DNA of 63,752 nt, filler included, from Octopus bimaculoides (lineage: Eukaryota): NCBI RefSeq assembly GCF_001194135.2. It is 6 parts of 5 records of this genome, joined end to end, with 100 filler letters (N's around TTAATTAATTAA, not from the genome) between each part and the next. Parts side by side here need not be neighbours in the genome. Positions count along the whole stretch, not along the records: positions 1 to 28,884 come from NC_068995.1; positions 28,985 to 34,785 come from NC_068982.1; positions 34,886 to 55,946 come from NC_068981.1; 3 more parts are not named here. One strand, given 5' to 3'. Below are positions 26,007 to 39,442 of this stretch, in pieces (position 1 is the stretch's first letter; every line of letters starts with the position of its first letter). The position numbers and the translations under genes are program-made. Below the pieces are notes generated by a model. That model saw only the letters and a list, made by a program, of their open reading frames with translations. It had not been told where the DNA came from and ran no database searches.

Positions 26007-26040
<34 letters not shown>

Positions 26041-26179
26041 CACATATAATATATCTATATACATATATATGCAGCCATCAGGTTCACCAGTCCTGAGTCA
26101 AATCGTCCAACCCAGACTAGTATGGAAAGCGGACGTTAAACAATGATGATGATATATATTTATATATATATCTACATAC

Positions 26180-26210
<31 letters not shown>

Positions 26211-26342
26211 CACATATATAAATATATATATACACACATATACATATATACATATACATATGTATATATACACAGATATATACACATATATATACATATA
26301 CGTATATATACACATATATATACACACACACATATATATATA

Positions 26343-27407
26343 TCTTAATATATAAAATCCGTTCTGTCTGTCTGTTTGTGCACTTATAACTCAAGTATTG
26401 TTCATCCGATCATGCTGAAATTTTAAACATGGATGCATGAGAGAGCGAGGCGTTCCATAATCTAAAAAGATGTTCAAAATTGTTAGTTTCAAAATGAGAA
26501 TCACTATTTTTGCAATCTTTTTGTCCTGTTTGTTCCACCATTAATAGCAACCAGTTGTTCAGACAGCCAGCACATACCATTTCGCTAGCAACAATGGGAG
26601 TGCTGGATGACAGTCAGCCAAAACCGTCACCATGCTGTCTCTCTTATGATGTCCAATTCCCCTTCAAGTTGTATGTATATATATATTGTGTTAAGATTCG
26701 TTATCAATCAATTATCCTTATTGAGAAGAAACAGTCAAAAGTAACCACCACATACAATCACCAAACATCTCCACAACTTAACACCATCCAAGTTAACCCT
26801 CTTCACCTTTACATCTGACATGAAAAAGCAAAAAAGAGAAAAAATTGATTGCTATTAAAATGCATAAAATTTTGAGGTTAATAATCTTAATCTTTAGTTA
26901 CAATTTCTCATTTGATCTACATAATAGGCAGAATTGTCGGATTAAGACAGTAGGGTGTTTTGAGGGAGATTTGGCTGCTATTTTTACCAGGTCTAGCTAC
27001 CATGTAGAGGTCTTCTTCATTGGCTTATACATACATATATCCATAAAATTGAAATAAAATAAAATACTTAAAGCAACAGGCGTCAAATACAAAAGCCAAG
27101 GTCCATGCAGAGTCATGGGCCAAAAAAATTTCCAACTTCTTGCCTAATGCGAGCCCTTATCTCTTACACTATTTCAGTATTATGTCTCTATTGTGATGTG
27201 AGATACTGTCCCATATATATATATATATATATATCCCATATGCATTCCAAAACCGAGTTACAGATTTTGACGTATGAAGTATCAAAATATTCAGTACTAT
27301 TTTGGTTACAAATTAAACTTAATTTCCATTCACATATTTGCATTTCAAAATTTTAACATAATCTTTTCCATAAATCAACTATCGTAAACATCTCCTTTTC
27401 CCTCTCA

Positions 27408-27442
<35 letters not shown>

Positions 27443-28057
27443 GTTCATTTCATATAGACGTACATACATCTTCCACTTTCTTTCTCTGTTCTTTTCACTT
27501 TCTTTTCTTTCAATTTCTGTTCTCTTCAAATAATTTTTTATGAATAGAACAGCTTGCAAAAATAGGGATTAATGTACAATTTCTTTCTATGTTCATAATT
27601 TTTTGTTTGCAATACTGGACAAAATATGCCACCAAAGAAAAGACGTAAGCTCTCAAGAAACACAAGCGTAAGTCTATCACCTCATTGGCTCCCTGTTACC
27701 CACAAATGAACAACAACAGTTCCTCCAAATTTACTTTATGAGTGATGTAGGACACCAAACCTGAAGGAGGTATCAACATTTCAGATGATGGGTCGTGTTA
27801 GACACAGCGCCGACTGCTACAAAAGAGAGTATATCCACTGACAGCTTTTCAGTGCATTCAAAAATCACATAATCCCCACCGGTTAAGGCCAAACGGATGC
27901 ATAGCATGTTGCTTAGTTGAATTAGCCCATCATTTACTCCACAAATGTTTTGTTGTCAATGCTTCATTTTCCCATATCACCTGTTTTAACATAACTGTAA
28001 TATATTATATACAAACTATGCCATTTTAATCCTGAGCAACATCGGGTATCTCTGCTA

Positions 28058-28058
<1 letters not shown>
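26343..28058 (+). mobile_element. Composite Helitron with a Rep-protein fragment
   Basis: A|TCTTAATATATAAAATCC start and CCTGAGCAACATCGGG...CTAG|T end. 27672-27746 reads VYHLIGSLLPTNEQQQFLQIYFMSD, like the Helitron Rep N-terminal VYHxIGSLLP...FLQIYF motif. Confidence 0.7.
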
Positions 28059-28108
<50 letters not shown>

Positions 28109-29297
28109 TATACATAGACATACATATATATACATTTTTCTCGCCCCTCCTTAATTCTTTTGTCCCTTTGCCTCTACCCCGCTCTCTTCTCTTCCCACGT
28201 GACCAGCGTTCAGCCAAGCCTGATCTTTCTTTCTTGGCCGGTCATTGTGCATGAAACATCGATAGTCCTCTCTGTGCCTGTGAAATCTTGTATCCCTGCT
28301 CTAAGGCTTTATTTCCACACACACCAGCTTAATTTAATTTGTCCTTAGTCGAAAGACATCTGTTCTTATGTCCTATTATTATTTTTATTGTATTTGTGTA
28401 ACATTGTTTGTTTTTTTCCATCCTTGTTTTTGTATACATTTGCTGCTGGGGATGGCCAGATTGAAGCAATATCGAGAATAACCAGCCGAAATTGCGAAGA
28501 TAATCTGGATCTCAACTGAGGAAAGAAAACTCTGAATGACCTATCCTTGTCTTCTTTGTATCGTCTATTTGGATGTTTTGTTGTCCCTTTCTTGTATCAC
28601 CTAACTGTCAGGATGTTTTGCGTTCTTATCCCATTTTGTATTATTTATGTATATATATATATATATATAAATATATGTATTTATTTTCTCTTAGTTAACA
28701 ATTAACTCTGACAAAATAAATTGGTTAATAGTTACCAAGGTAGCAAAGTTCACAAAATAACTTTGGTGTAACTCCTGTTTACGAGGTAGAAACTCCCTGT
28801 TAATTTGAGGTATTTTGAATAAATATTAGATTAAATAAATGGAGTTATACGCATGTGTTAAATGATTTCTTTTATTTCCGACATNNNNNNNNNNNNNNNN
28901 NNNNNNNNNNNNNNNNNNNNNNNNNNNNTTAATTAATTAANNNNNNNNNNNNNNNNNNNNNNNNNNNNNNNNNNNNNNNNNNNNTACACATACATATACA
29001 TACGTATATATATATACATACATATATATAAATGTATATATATGTATATGTATATGTATGTATATATATATACGTATGTATATGTATGTGTATACACACA
29101 CACACTCACATACATACACATGCAGGTAAATGTTGTTTACTTGAAGTTCTTATTCCTCATCCATCCATGAAGAGAGGTATGGTGTAGGTGGGACATTGTA
29201 GGAGGGAGGTAACCTTTCAAGTTTGTTGCTATTGTAATATTTAGATCAATAGCTTTGTTGTCAGGACGTGAACACATGGAAAACTCTTTCTGTTTGA

Positions 29298-29520
29298 AAT
29301 ATTAGTTTCAAATTTTAGCTCAAGGCCAGTAGTTTCAGGGAGGGAGAGAGAGTAAATCGATTACATCGACCCCACTACTCAACTGGTTCTTATATTATTG
29401 ACCCTGAAAAGATGAAAGGCAGAGTCAACCTTGGTTGAATTTGAACTTGAAATATAAAAATGGATGAAATACTGTTAGGCATTTTGTCTGGTGTGCTAAC
29501 GCTTCTGCCAGCTCACTGCC
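29298..29520 (-). mobile_element. tRNA-derived SINE
   Basis: Head GGCAGTGAGCTGGCAGAAGCGTTAGCAC and core resembling GTTCAAATT...AGGTYGACT..GCCTTTCATCC; same family as 31082 and 45344/47074. Confidence 0.8.
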
Positions 29521-29719
29521 TTCTTTCTCTTTGAAATATTGACATTGGCCAAATCAGTAGAGTGGTACTCATTCTGGTTACTGATATTCTAAGTTTAAAT
29601 CCAATTTGGGTCAACTTGCTTTATATCCTTGTAGAGTTGATAAATGTAAAGTTAAATACTGGGGATCATGTAATCCACAATTCCCTGTGATGATGATGAT
29701 GATGATAAAAATACAGTTC

Positions 29720-31003
29720 TTAGGAATAAAAGTAATCTCATAGCACAGGAAAGGAGCAGTGGTAGTTTACTTGATGAAAGACATATAGACGATCTAAAAA
29801 AAGACAATAAAACTAATAGCGACATGACAGATGAACAAAAGGCAATCTACGGCAGAATAAAGGCAAGACTATAGGAGAACGATAACGACATTATTTGCAA
29901 CCTTAAAAAGGTTGATCGGTGGAAATTGAACCTAGAAACGAAAAATGGCAATGAAATTCTGAAATACATCAGAACAAACATCACAGAAACAAATAATTTC
30001 AATCAAGGCAGCAAGTATTGTTGTAGCAGAAAATGTGGGCGTTGATATCAAGAAAAAGAAATATAATGGGAATGACAAAAGAAAAGACCCATAATGGAAA
30101 AAAATAATACAGGCAGAATATATGCTTTTGAAGGAAATCTCTGTGTTAGACCAAAAAGAGAAAGGGGTGCTTAAAAGCGAACAAAAATACAGGGCGCTGA
30201 GAAGGAAGTATAATATTGAAATAAAGGACCTGAAAGTGGTAATAGAGGAACTGAAACAGTGCCTCATTGCAAAGAAAGCAAAGATGGCAAAATATGACCA
30301 AAGAATGAAGGGTTACCACCAGAATAGGTTATTCAGAGTAGATCAGAAGAGATTCTATAAAGAAATAAATGGAGAGTGTACAGATAAAAAGTTGATACCA
30401 GATAACAATGTAAGTCAAAGGTTTTGGAGTGACATCTGGATCAAAGACAAGGAGCACAAGAAGGATGCTGAATGGTTGCAAGAACTGAAACATACAACAG
30501 TCTGTCCAAAACAGGCAGAACTAGTCATTTCAGTTAAGGAAGTGAAGGAAATCAGCAAAAAAATGAGCAACTGGTAGGCCCCGGGACCAGATGGAGTTCA
30601 AGGCTACTGGATCAAAAGATTTAGTGAATGTCATGCACGAATAGCTGCGCAACTCAACACCTTGTTAAATGCCGACCAAGTAACACCAGAGTGGTTGACA
30701 TTGGATAGGACAGTGCTGTGCTTGAAAAACATCGAAAAAGGCAATACGGTAGACAATTACAGGCCGATATCCTGTTTGCGACTTATGTGGAAGTTATTGA
30801 CTGGAATACTCGCAGAGTCAATATACGAACATCTAGAATAAAAAAGTTCTGCCACATGAGCAGAAGGATTGCAAGGGTAAGTGCAGAGGTACCAAGGATC
30901 AACTCCTGTTAGACAAAACTGTACTTAGAGACTGCAAGAGGAGGAAAAGTAACTTAGCCATGTCATGGATCGATTATCATAAGGCGTACGATATGATCTC
31001 ACA
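29720..31003 (+). mobile_element. Degenerate R4/Dong-clade non-LTR retrotransposon
   Basis: QNRLFRVDQKRFYKE...FWSDIW...[15 protein letters not shown]...NYRPISCL...[10 protein letters not shown]...[15 protein letters not shown]. Confidence 0.88.
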
Positions 31004-31081
31004 TAAGAATATCCTCAATGCACAAACACATACAGGCTCATACAACCAGATTAAAGTAAAGCAATATATACATACACATGG

Positions 31082-31231
31082 GCTGTGAGCTGGCAGAATC
31101 GTTAGCACATCAGGCAAAATGCTTAGTGGCCTTTTATTTGTCTTGACATTCTAAGTTCAAATTCCACTGGGGATAAGTTTGCCTTTCATCCTTCCCTGAA
31201 ATTGCTGGCCTTGTGCCAAAATCTGAAACCA
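31082..31231 (+). mobile_element. tRNA-derived SINE (internally deleted)
   Basis: GAGCTGGCAGAATCGTTAGCAC head and GGCCTTGTGCCAAAATCTGAAAC tail. Confidence 0.75.
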
Positions 31232-32473
31232 ATACGCATACACAGAGCAATATACATGCACACACACACATTTCCTACACATGATTATATACTCAATACA
31301 CAATTACAAAGGTTAACAAGGAAAACAACTTGCTTTTTTGTCAATCCACGTTTTTTATATAATTGACATCACCTTCACCACCACTACCACACCACCACCG
31401 CCGCTACTATCCCCCCCCCCNNNNNNNNNNNNNNNNNNNNNNNNNNNNNNNNNNNNNNNNNNNNNNNNNNNNNNNNNNNNNNNNNNNNNNNNNNNNNNNN
31501 NNNNNNNNNNNNNNNNNNNNNNNNNNNNNNNNNNNNNNNNNNNNNNNNNNNNNNNNNNNNNNNNNNNNNNNNNNNNNNNNNNNNNNNNNNNNNNNNNNNN
31601 NNNNNNNNNNNNNNNNNNNNNNNNNNNNNNNNNNNNNNNNNNNNNNNNNNNNNNNNNNNNNNNNNNNNNNNNNNNNNNNNNNNNNNNNNNNNNNNNNNNN
31701 NNNNNNNNNNNNNNNNNNNNNNNNNNNNNNNNNNNNNNNNNNNNNNNNNNNNNNNNNNNNNNNNNNNNNNNNNNNNNNNNNNNNNNNNNNNNNNNNNNNN
31801 NNNNNNNNNNNNNNNNNNNNNNNNNNNNNNNNNNNNNNNNNNNNNNNNNNNNNNNNNNNNNNNNNNNNNNNNNNNNNNNNNNNNNNNNNNNNNNNNNNNN
31901 NNNNNNNNNNNNNNNNNNNNNNNNNNNNNNNNNNNNNNNNNNNNNNNNNNNNNNNNNNNNNNNNNNNNNNNNNNNNNNNNNNNNNNNNNNNNNNNNNNNN
32001 NNNNNNNNNNNNNNNNNNNNNNNNNNNNNNNNNNNNNNNNNNNNNNNNNNNNNNNNNNNNNNNNNNNNNNNNNNNNNNNNNNNNNNNNNNNNNNNNNNNN
32101 NNNNNNNNNNNNNNNNNNNNNNNNNNNNNNNNNNNNNNNNNNNNNNNNNNNNNNNNNNNNNNNNNNNNNNNNNNNNNNNNNNNNNNNNNNNNNNNNNNNN
32201 NNNNNNNNNNNNNNNNNNNNNNNNNNNNNNNNNNNNNNNNNNNNNNNNNNNNNNNNNNNNNNNNNNNNNNNNNNNNNNNNNNNNNNNNNNNNNNNNNNNN
32301 NNNNNNNNNNNNNNNNNNNNNNNNNNNNNNNNNNNNNNNNNNNNNNNNNNNNNNNNNNNNNNNNNNNNNNNNNNNNNNNCCACACCACCATGGAAAGTGG
32401 ACATTAAATGATAATGATATATATATCATGTGCATGCATATATATATATACATATTGTACACACGCATAAATA

Positions 32474-32510
<37 letters not shown>

Positions 32511-32512
<2 letters not shown>

Positions 32513-33175
32513 CATCATCATCATCATCATCATCATTTACCATCCATTGTCCATGCTGGTATGGATGGGACAGTTTGATCAGGGCTGGTAAACTGGAAGG
32601 CTGCACCAGACTCCAATCTGATTTGACATGATTTTTATGGCTGGATGCCCTTCCTAATGCCAACCAATCCGAGAGTGTAATGGGTGGTTTTACATGGCAT
32701 CAGCATGGGTGTCATTTGCATGACACCAGCATCTTCCATGGTTGCAATTTTACTTGGCTTGATGGGTCTTCTTCTCAAACACGACATAACTGTACTCGCT
32801 GTACTCATTGCTAACCCTCACCTTAACTGGTAGTGTCCCTGTACATGGCTTGTAGAACTCTTACCAATCACTTGTCCATCCTTAGCTTCCACACTGACCA
32901 CCAGATTAGGATTCAGGGGACCCTGTCAAAGGCTTTCTCTAATTCAACAAAAGTCAAGTACTGAGGTATATCTTTGGCTATGTATTTCTCCTGCAGCTGC
33001 CTTACCAGAACTATAGCATCAGTAGTGCTTCTCCTTGGCACAAAACCAAACTTCATCTCATCTAGACTAACTCTCACCCTAATTAGTTGGGCTGTGACCC
33101 TCTCCATAACTTTCATCATCTGATCCAACAATTTGATATCTCTGTAATTATTTCTAAGGCATTACCTTTGTAGCA
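32511..33175 (-). mobile_element. Internally deleted RTE LINE (RT fragment joined to 3' UTR)
   Basis: LLDQMMKVMERV...FGFVPRRSTTDAIVLVRQLQEKY...FVELEKAFDRVP, then the family 3' UTR and (ATG)n tail. Confidence 0.85.
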
Positions 33176-33514
33176 GTTGACTATGGTGCTGTTACACCAG
33201 TCAATGGGTATAACTCCTTTGTGAACCACCTGATATGGGTGATTAGACCATAACCCACACTGCCAGATATTTCAACTATCTCAGTGGTGCTTCCGGATGA
33301 GTTGGGTGGAGTGGTGTGCTTTTGCTGTCTTCATATCATTAATTGCTTTATCTACCAAGGTATGTCAATTCAGATAGCTGGTCCCTCAACTCTGAAAACT
33401 GGGAAAGGGACATGAGAGAGAACATGGGAAGGAGAGATTATATTCAGCACCGGAAAAGGTTTCAATGATCATTTGATAACAGAGAGAGAGGGGGGGGAGA
33501 GAGAGAGAGGGAGG

Positions 33515-33576
<62 letters not shown>

Positions 33577-34885
33577 TCACTGTTAGTTTTGCCAACTGAG
33601 TAAAATATGCTTTGTTGAGGAGATCTAAAAAGGCTGAAACATATTTGTTACTTTCACCAACTAACAGATCCACATCCGCATTACATTTTGTATATTTTCC
33701 CCCAAAAGTCTCAATAAACTGAGCCCATAGAAGTTGTCTCCCTTATCTGTTATCAGTTTTTTTTCTTTAGATTTTAAACATCCCAGTAGGAGATTTTGTC
33801 TACTAATTGCTTAGATAATCTAATTCGATGAAAGTCTTCTAGCTCACATCATCAGATTGGTGAGACTTTTAACCATATTCATATTTAGAATACAGAATGA
33901 CTCTCCAGAGATGTTTAACATCAGATATATTTGTGGTTTTAAATCTAACAGCTGAATCCATACCATCTTTAACACCCCACCTTAAGCACCTCCTCAGCCG
34001 TCGATCTCCCCTACTCTTGCTGTCTAAACTGCTGAATAGTTCCAGAAATGAAAATTTTTGGCAAAATCTATCTTTAAACAAACAAACAGTAAAAAAGTTT
34101 ATTAAGAAAAAATTAGGTGGTAGCTGGCTGTGTTAGCAACAAGAATTTGGTTTTAGAGAAAAGCAAGTTAAATGAATATGTGTATATGTGTATCTATGTC
34201 TCTTCTGTTATATGTGCTTACATGTAGATCTATGTTTATGAGTATGCATGTATGTGTATGTGTGTGTGTGTATGTCTTTGTACATATATATGTTTCTATG
34301 TTTGTGTTGTTTGTGTATAGGTGTATATGTTTACTTATGAGTGAGTATGTATGCATCTACGTATATATGTACATATGTGTGTATTATTTGAGCATAAGCG
34401 AATATGAATGCTTACACATACATATATATATATATATGTGTCTGTATATACACACACACATATATGTATGTGCGTGTGTGTATACACACACACATATATA
34501 TAATACATGTGCACATATAGGCAGATGTGTGCAGGCAAGTGTATCAATATCGTCATTATCATTATCATCGTTTGACGTCATTTGTCTGTGTCAGCAGAGG
34601 TTGGACGGGTCGTCACAATCCAGTCAGCTCTTGCTTGCAAGAGTAGGTGCTTGTGCACGTATGTACATATGTATGCATGTATGTATGTATGTATGCATGT
34701 ATGTATGTATGTATGTATGCATGTATGTATGTATGTATATGTGTATGTATATGTGTATATATATATATATTTATATATATATATANNNNNNNNNNNNNNN
34801 NNNNNNNNNNNNNNNNNNNNNNNNNNNNNTTAATTAATTAANNNNNNNNNNNNNNNNNNNNNNNNNNNNNNNNNNNNNNNNNNNN

Positions 34886-34940
34886 AACCCTAACCCTAGA
34901 GTTAGGGTTAGGGTTAGGGTTAGGGTTAGGGTTAGGGTTA
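34886..34940. repeat. Interstitial telomeric repeat: ~2 CCCTAA units then ~6 TTAGGG units
   Basis: AACCCTAACCCTAGAGTTAGGG(TTAGGG)5TTA directly after a gap. Confidence 0.9.
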
Positions 34941-35334
34941 AAGCAAATTTAAAATGAAAAAAGCAAATAAAACGAAGGTATGGAGATTAAATACGCTTTA
35001 CATCGCTTAGTGAGCCAAAGGAGTAAATGTAAACAACTGAATACTTGTCAGTGATTGGTTGAAATTATCGAAATAAGACAATTTTTTACATGAAATAAAT
35101 TCGAATACAAAAATATTTTTCTGTTCTATAACACAAAATAGATAAGTATACGAAGTTTGAAAGTCTTTCGCTACCAAAAACACTACGTAAAACATTAATG
35201 AAAAATGTGGCCCCCGTTTTAAAAAAGACCCACAGACTGTAACTCAACATACTCTAGCATCTCAAAAAATATACTCGGACTGCCGACACAAAAACACAAT
35301 ACCTCTACCCCTACCCATCAGGTACGCATCCACA

Positions 35335-36240
35335 ACAAACACACACACACATATACAAATACACACAAATACAATGCACCCCTACACATACATGCATACA
35401 TACGCACACGCACAAACACAATATCCCATTAAACACACACACTCAAAGAAAAAACACATATACGTACGCAATACAGACACTCACAGACACACGCACATAC
35501 ACACACATATAAGCACGTACATGCACACAGTAACACACACCACCTTGACAAATACAAGACCCATTCACACAAACACACCCATACATATACGCACACAAAA
35601 AATACAAATAAAACACTCACAAAAATACACCCAAACATATGCACACACCACATAGAAAAATAACATTCGTACACACGAATGCACACGTACACACACACAC
35701 ACACTTCGCCATAACAAATATAGCACACACGTATGCACNNNNNNNNNNNNNNNNNNNNNNNNNNNCCCCCCCCCCCCGAAAACTACATAAACCACACCTA
35801 CATATACATACACACACAAGCGCATACTCAGTGAAAACACGCACAGTACGTACATGTACACACACATGCACACACATACATACCACCCTGATGAACATAA
35901 CACACACGGACACACATAGAGCCCCTGACAAATACAACACACTCACATATACACACACGAACAAACACATACACACAAACACATACACACAACACCCTGA
36001 CAAATACAAATCACACATATACACACACACAAATGTGCACACATATATACACATCATCTTGCTAATTATAAAACACACACATACACAGACCCATACACAC
36101 ACACATACACACTACACTGAACTCTAAGACCGGTCAAAAAAACCACACACACTAACACAAGCACACATATATATACACACATATATAAGCGTGCACACAC
36201 ACATACACACACGCACAAAAACACAGACACTCACAACATC
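35335..36240 (+). repeat. ~900-bp degenerate (CA/TA)-rich low-complexity tract
   Basis: Strongly A/C-biased decayed dinucleotide repeat; it generates the spurious HT/VC ORFs. Confidence 0.85.
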
Positions 36241-37778
36241 TTGAACTCTAAGACGAGTCCCAAAACCACTGAACCATGACAGACTAGCCCAGAAACAAAA
36301 AATCCTTTTGATTCTACAAACTATGTGAATGTTTTCCCCCACCAACCAACCTTCCACACTATCTCTAAAAATAGCGACCATCCTTACCAAACACATACAA
36401 GACTGGAGATGACGGAAAAAGGTTGGTCATTCAACCCAATGATGGTGAACATAACACCTAAACCAGTACAAGTCGCGTCTTCATTGCATTTCTTTGATAG
36501 TCTGTATATTTGTACTGTGTTGTTGGTGATGAATGTTTCTAACATTAGCATAAGATACGTTCGGGTATTTTCGTTCTACATATCATATCAGGGTTCTTGA
36601 TGAAATTTATCCTACTATTTAATTGAGTGCATCTTTAATAGTTCTTTATGATTTACGTAATCTGTTGATTTCTGTTTTATGGATTTTTAAACAATTAATA
36701 TATTCATCAGTTTTATATAGTTCAGTAAATTTGGATAATATAATTTATGTGTTTGTTTTGATTTTAGTGTTATGTCTGTATTAAATTTGTTTCTGCATTG
36801 TTGTGCAAGTTGGCCTAATTGTTTGAATTTCCGTTATAAGCAAGTATTTGTTCTATCATATTGAATACTTTCTGTAGTGCTGCTTTGTGTCTAAAGTCCC
36901 TTCTGTGTAGCTGTTTTCTAATTGAATATATATATGCATTTTTCTATAGCCTTGCACGTATTCCCGTGTTTTAGTAATTTTCGTCTAACTGATTTGTACG
37001 TGGCCAGTAATACTCAAAAGGATTTACAGGATTAGACAATCTGTGGTCACAGTGACCTCAGCTGACTTACTTTAATCTGCCAGGTTGATGTTGCCCAATT
37101 ATACAAAGAACTAATGTTTTTGCCCTATTTTACAATTTTTAAACAAAACTCATTAATTTATCGTCAGTTCTGCATATTCCTTTACAGAAACTGATTGAGA
37201 TTATTAGCCTTAAAAATGTGAGAATTCGACAGTTAACATTTCTAATAAAGAAAGACGCAGAAACATTGTTCCTAACGTTCTCCCTTTATTTCTGTCTCTT
37301 ATTTTCCGTGACATTTTTTCCTGTGACTTTTTTACTTGTGACTTTTTTGTTTTTACCTGGATTCGATTTGTAATAGGGACATGAAGCCATAAATGTAAAA
37401 CGAAAGACTTGGAAAATAACTTTATTCTCTTTTTTAGCACTTTACACTAGCCAGGTAAATACAAAAAATGATTCAATTAATTCTATTTTTAGATATAAAT
37501 GTAAAAATAAAAAATATTCTCATGGGAAGACTAATATAACAAAAGTTGAAAACCGATGCGTTTCCTTGCATTTCACGGTGTTAGTGATACGAAGCAAACG
37601 AAAGAGCGAATCAAATATTGACTGAAATTATTTAATATGCTTAATTATTAATTATTTAATATGCTTAATTATTAATTATTTTTGATGTGAAAATATTTTA
37701 TATATCAATGAAAATATTGATTACACGCTTTTTATTGGAGTAATTTAGAGTATTTTTTGATAATATATATACGTACAT

Positions 37779-37822
<44 letters not shown>

Positions 37823-37878
37823 ATATATGTTTGTGTGCCTACACACTTATACACAAAACTGTGTGCGCGTACGTGTGA

Positions 37879-37966
<88 letters not shown>

Positions 37967-38409
37967 GTGTGTATGTGTGTGTGTGTAATGTATTATATGC
38001 AAAACAAGTATTTATGTATAAAGTTAATTTTATGTATATGTATTATAATACATATACATTTATGTGTGTGCGTGTGTATGTATGTGTACATACACATATA
38101 TGCGCGCACACACACGTACACAAAGAAACAATGAAGTCTTCATACAGCGCAAAAAGTACAAAGATTTATTGCTTTTTTTGTTTCTGTGAACAATACAAAC
38201 ATACATCGCACATTGTCTTTGTTTTGTTTCTGTGAACTATACCAAAGTAACCGCATGAAATTGTGAAATACACAATGGAAATATGCATTGAATAACATGA
38301 AAACAAAATAACTTTGTCGAAGAAATCACAATTTATGCATAGAAAGACGATGTTTATATGATTTTCCTTTGTCTGGATGATCAGGATAAACCTATTTAAG
38401 CTTCCAAAA

Positions 38410-38660
38410 GTAGTCTGCCTTCTTGCGTCTGGCCATTGTCCCTTGATGCTTTTTCTTCATCATCTTAGTATCTGCATTGAATCTCTCCCCATGTTCTTCA
38501 CTAAAATCACGAAGATGTTCTGGAAATCTGCCCAATAGCTGAAGAAAAGGCATGCCTTTACGTATATATTAGCACCTAAACTTTTCAAGTTAATGAACGT
38601 CTTTTGTACATACTCTTCATTGATTTTTCAATTTATGGTTGTTCCAAAAAGTTCTTTACA
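38410..38660 (-). pseudogene. DNA-transposase C-terminal remnant, Chapaev3 (CMC)-like
   Basis: RFPEHLRDFSEEHGERFNADTKMMKKKHQG resembles the FPENLG.xSxExGERFHQDI...YQG motif. The superfamily label is from recollection. Confidence 0.6.
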
Positions 38661-39393
38661 AATTAACTGCACCAGGCCCAAGCTTCAGTGTTATTCATTA
38701 ATTTTGTAGAATTTGAATCTATGATGAGTTTATGAAAGATTAGACTATCCATTTATTCATCCCCTTTTAAAGCGATAGGGTGTTATTTGAGGGAGATACG
38801 ACTGATATTTCTACCGGGTCATTTGAGCACATAAAAGCTTCACCACTGGCTGTCAATGATGGACCTTTACTGCATGTACTGAGATATATTTAGATATATA
38901 AAACTTTATTATGAAAAATATATATATATATTGGCAAGGAATGCAGTAGTATAGTTCCTTTCTTTACTTACATACATATTACATCAGCTTCATAAGACGG
39001 TTCCTTCAGTACAGTATAATAATTATGATATTCGAAGTCATTTAATTTCTTACATATTTTTAACTATCAGCTTATATTGTATTTCTAAGAAGATATCAAC
39101 GATTTGCCTACTAAAATAGTAGTGAAAAACTAAGAAGAAAAACAAAACTGCGTTTATCTTCCTGCACATATGCAACGATTTCGTCTCATATAATAACGAA
39201 GTAATCTATTGCTAATAGCTGTTATAATTTGATCATTATACAAAATCGTTTGCAAGATGGCTTAGTTAGTTGGGCGATATTATAATCGTTACAGTAACTG
39301 AGTAGAGATATGCTTTGAGATATATACTGTGTGTAAATAATATTTATGTATTTTTGTATGCTTCGTTCAAATACACATACTTATGTTCATATA

Positions 39394-39442
<49 letters not shown>

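Noticed and set aside
28929-28940. TTAATTAATTAA recurring inside N runs (also 34830, 55991, 59108, 62371)
   Set aside because: An identical motif flanked by similar-length N blocks, with stops in all six frames: an assembly spacer, not biology.
36250-37000. Possible Penelope-like RT relic
   Set aside because: Only one loose motif (LETFITNN) is visible; too degenerate to call.
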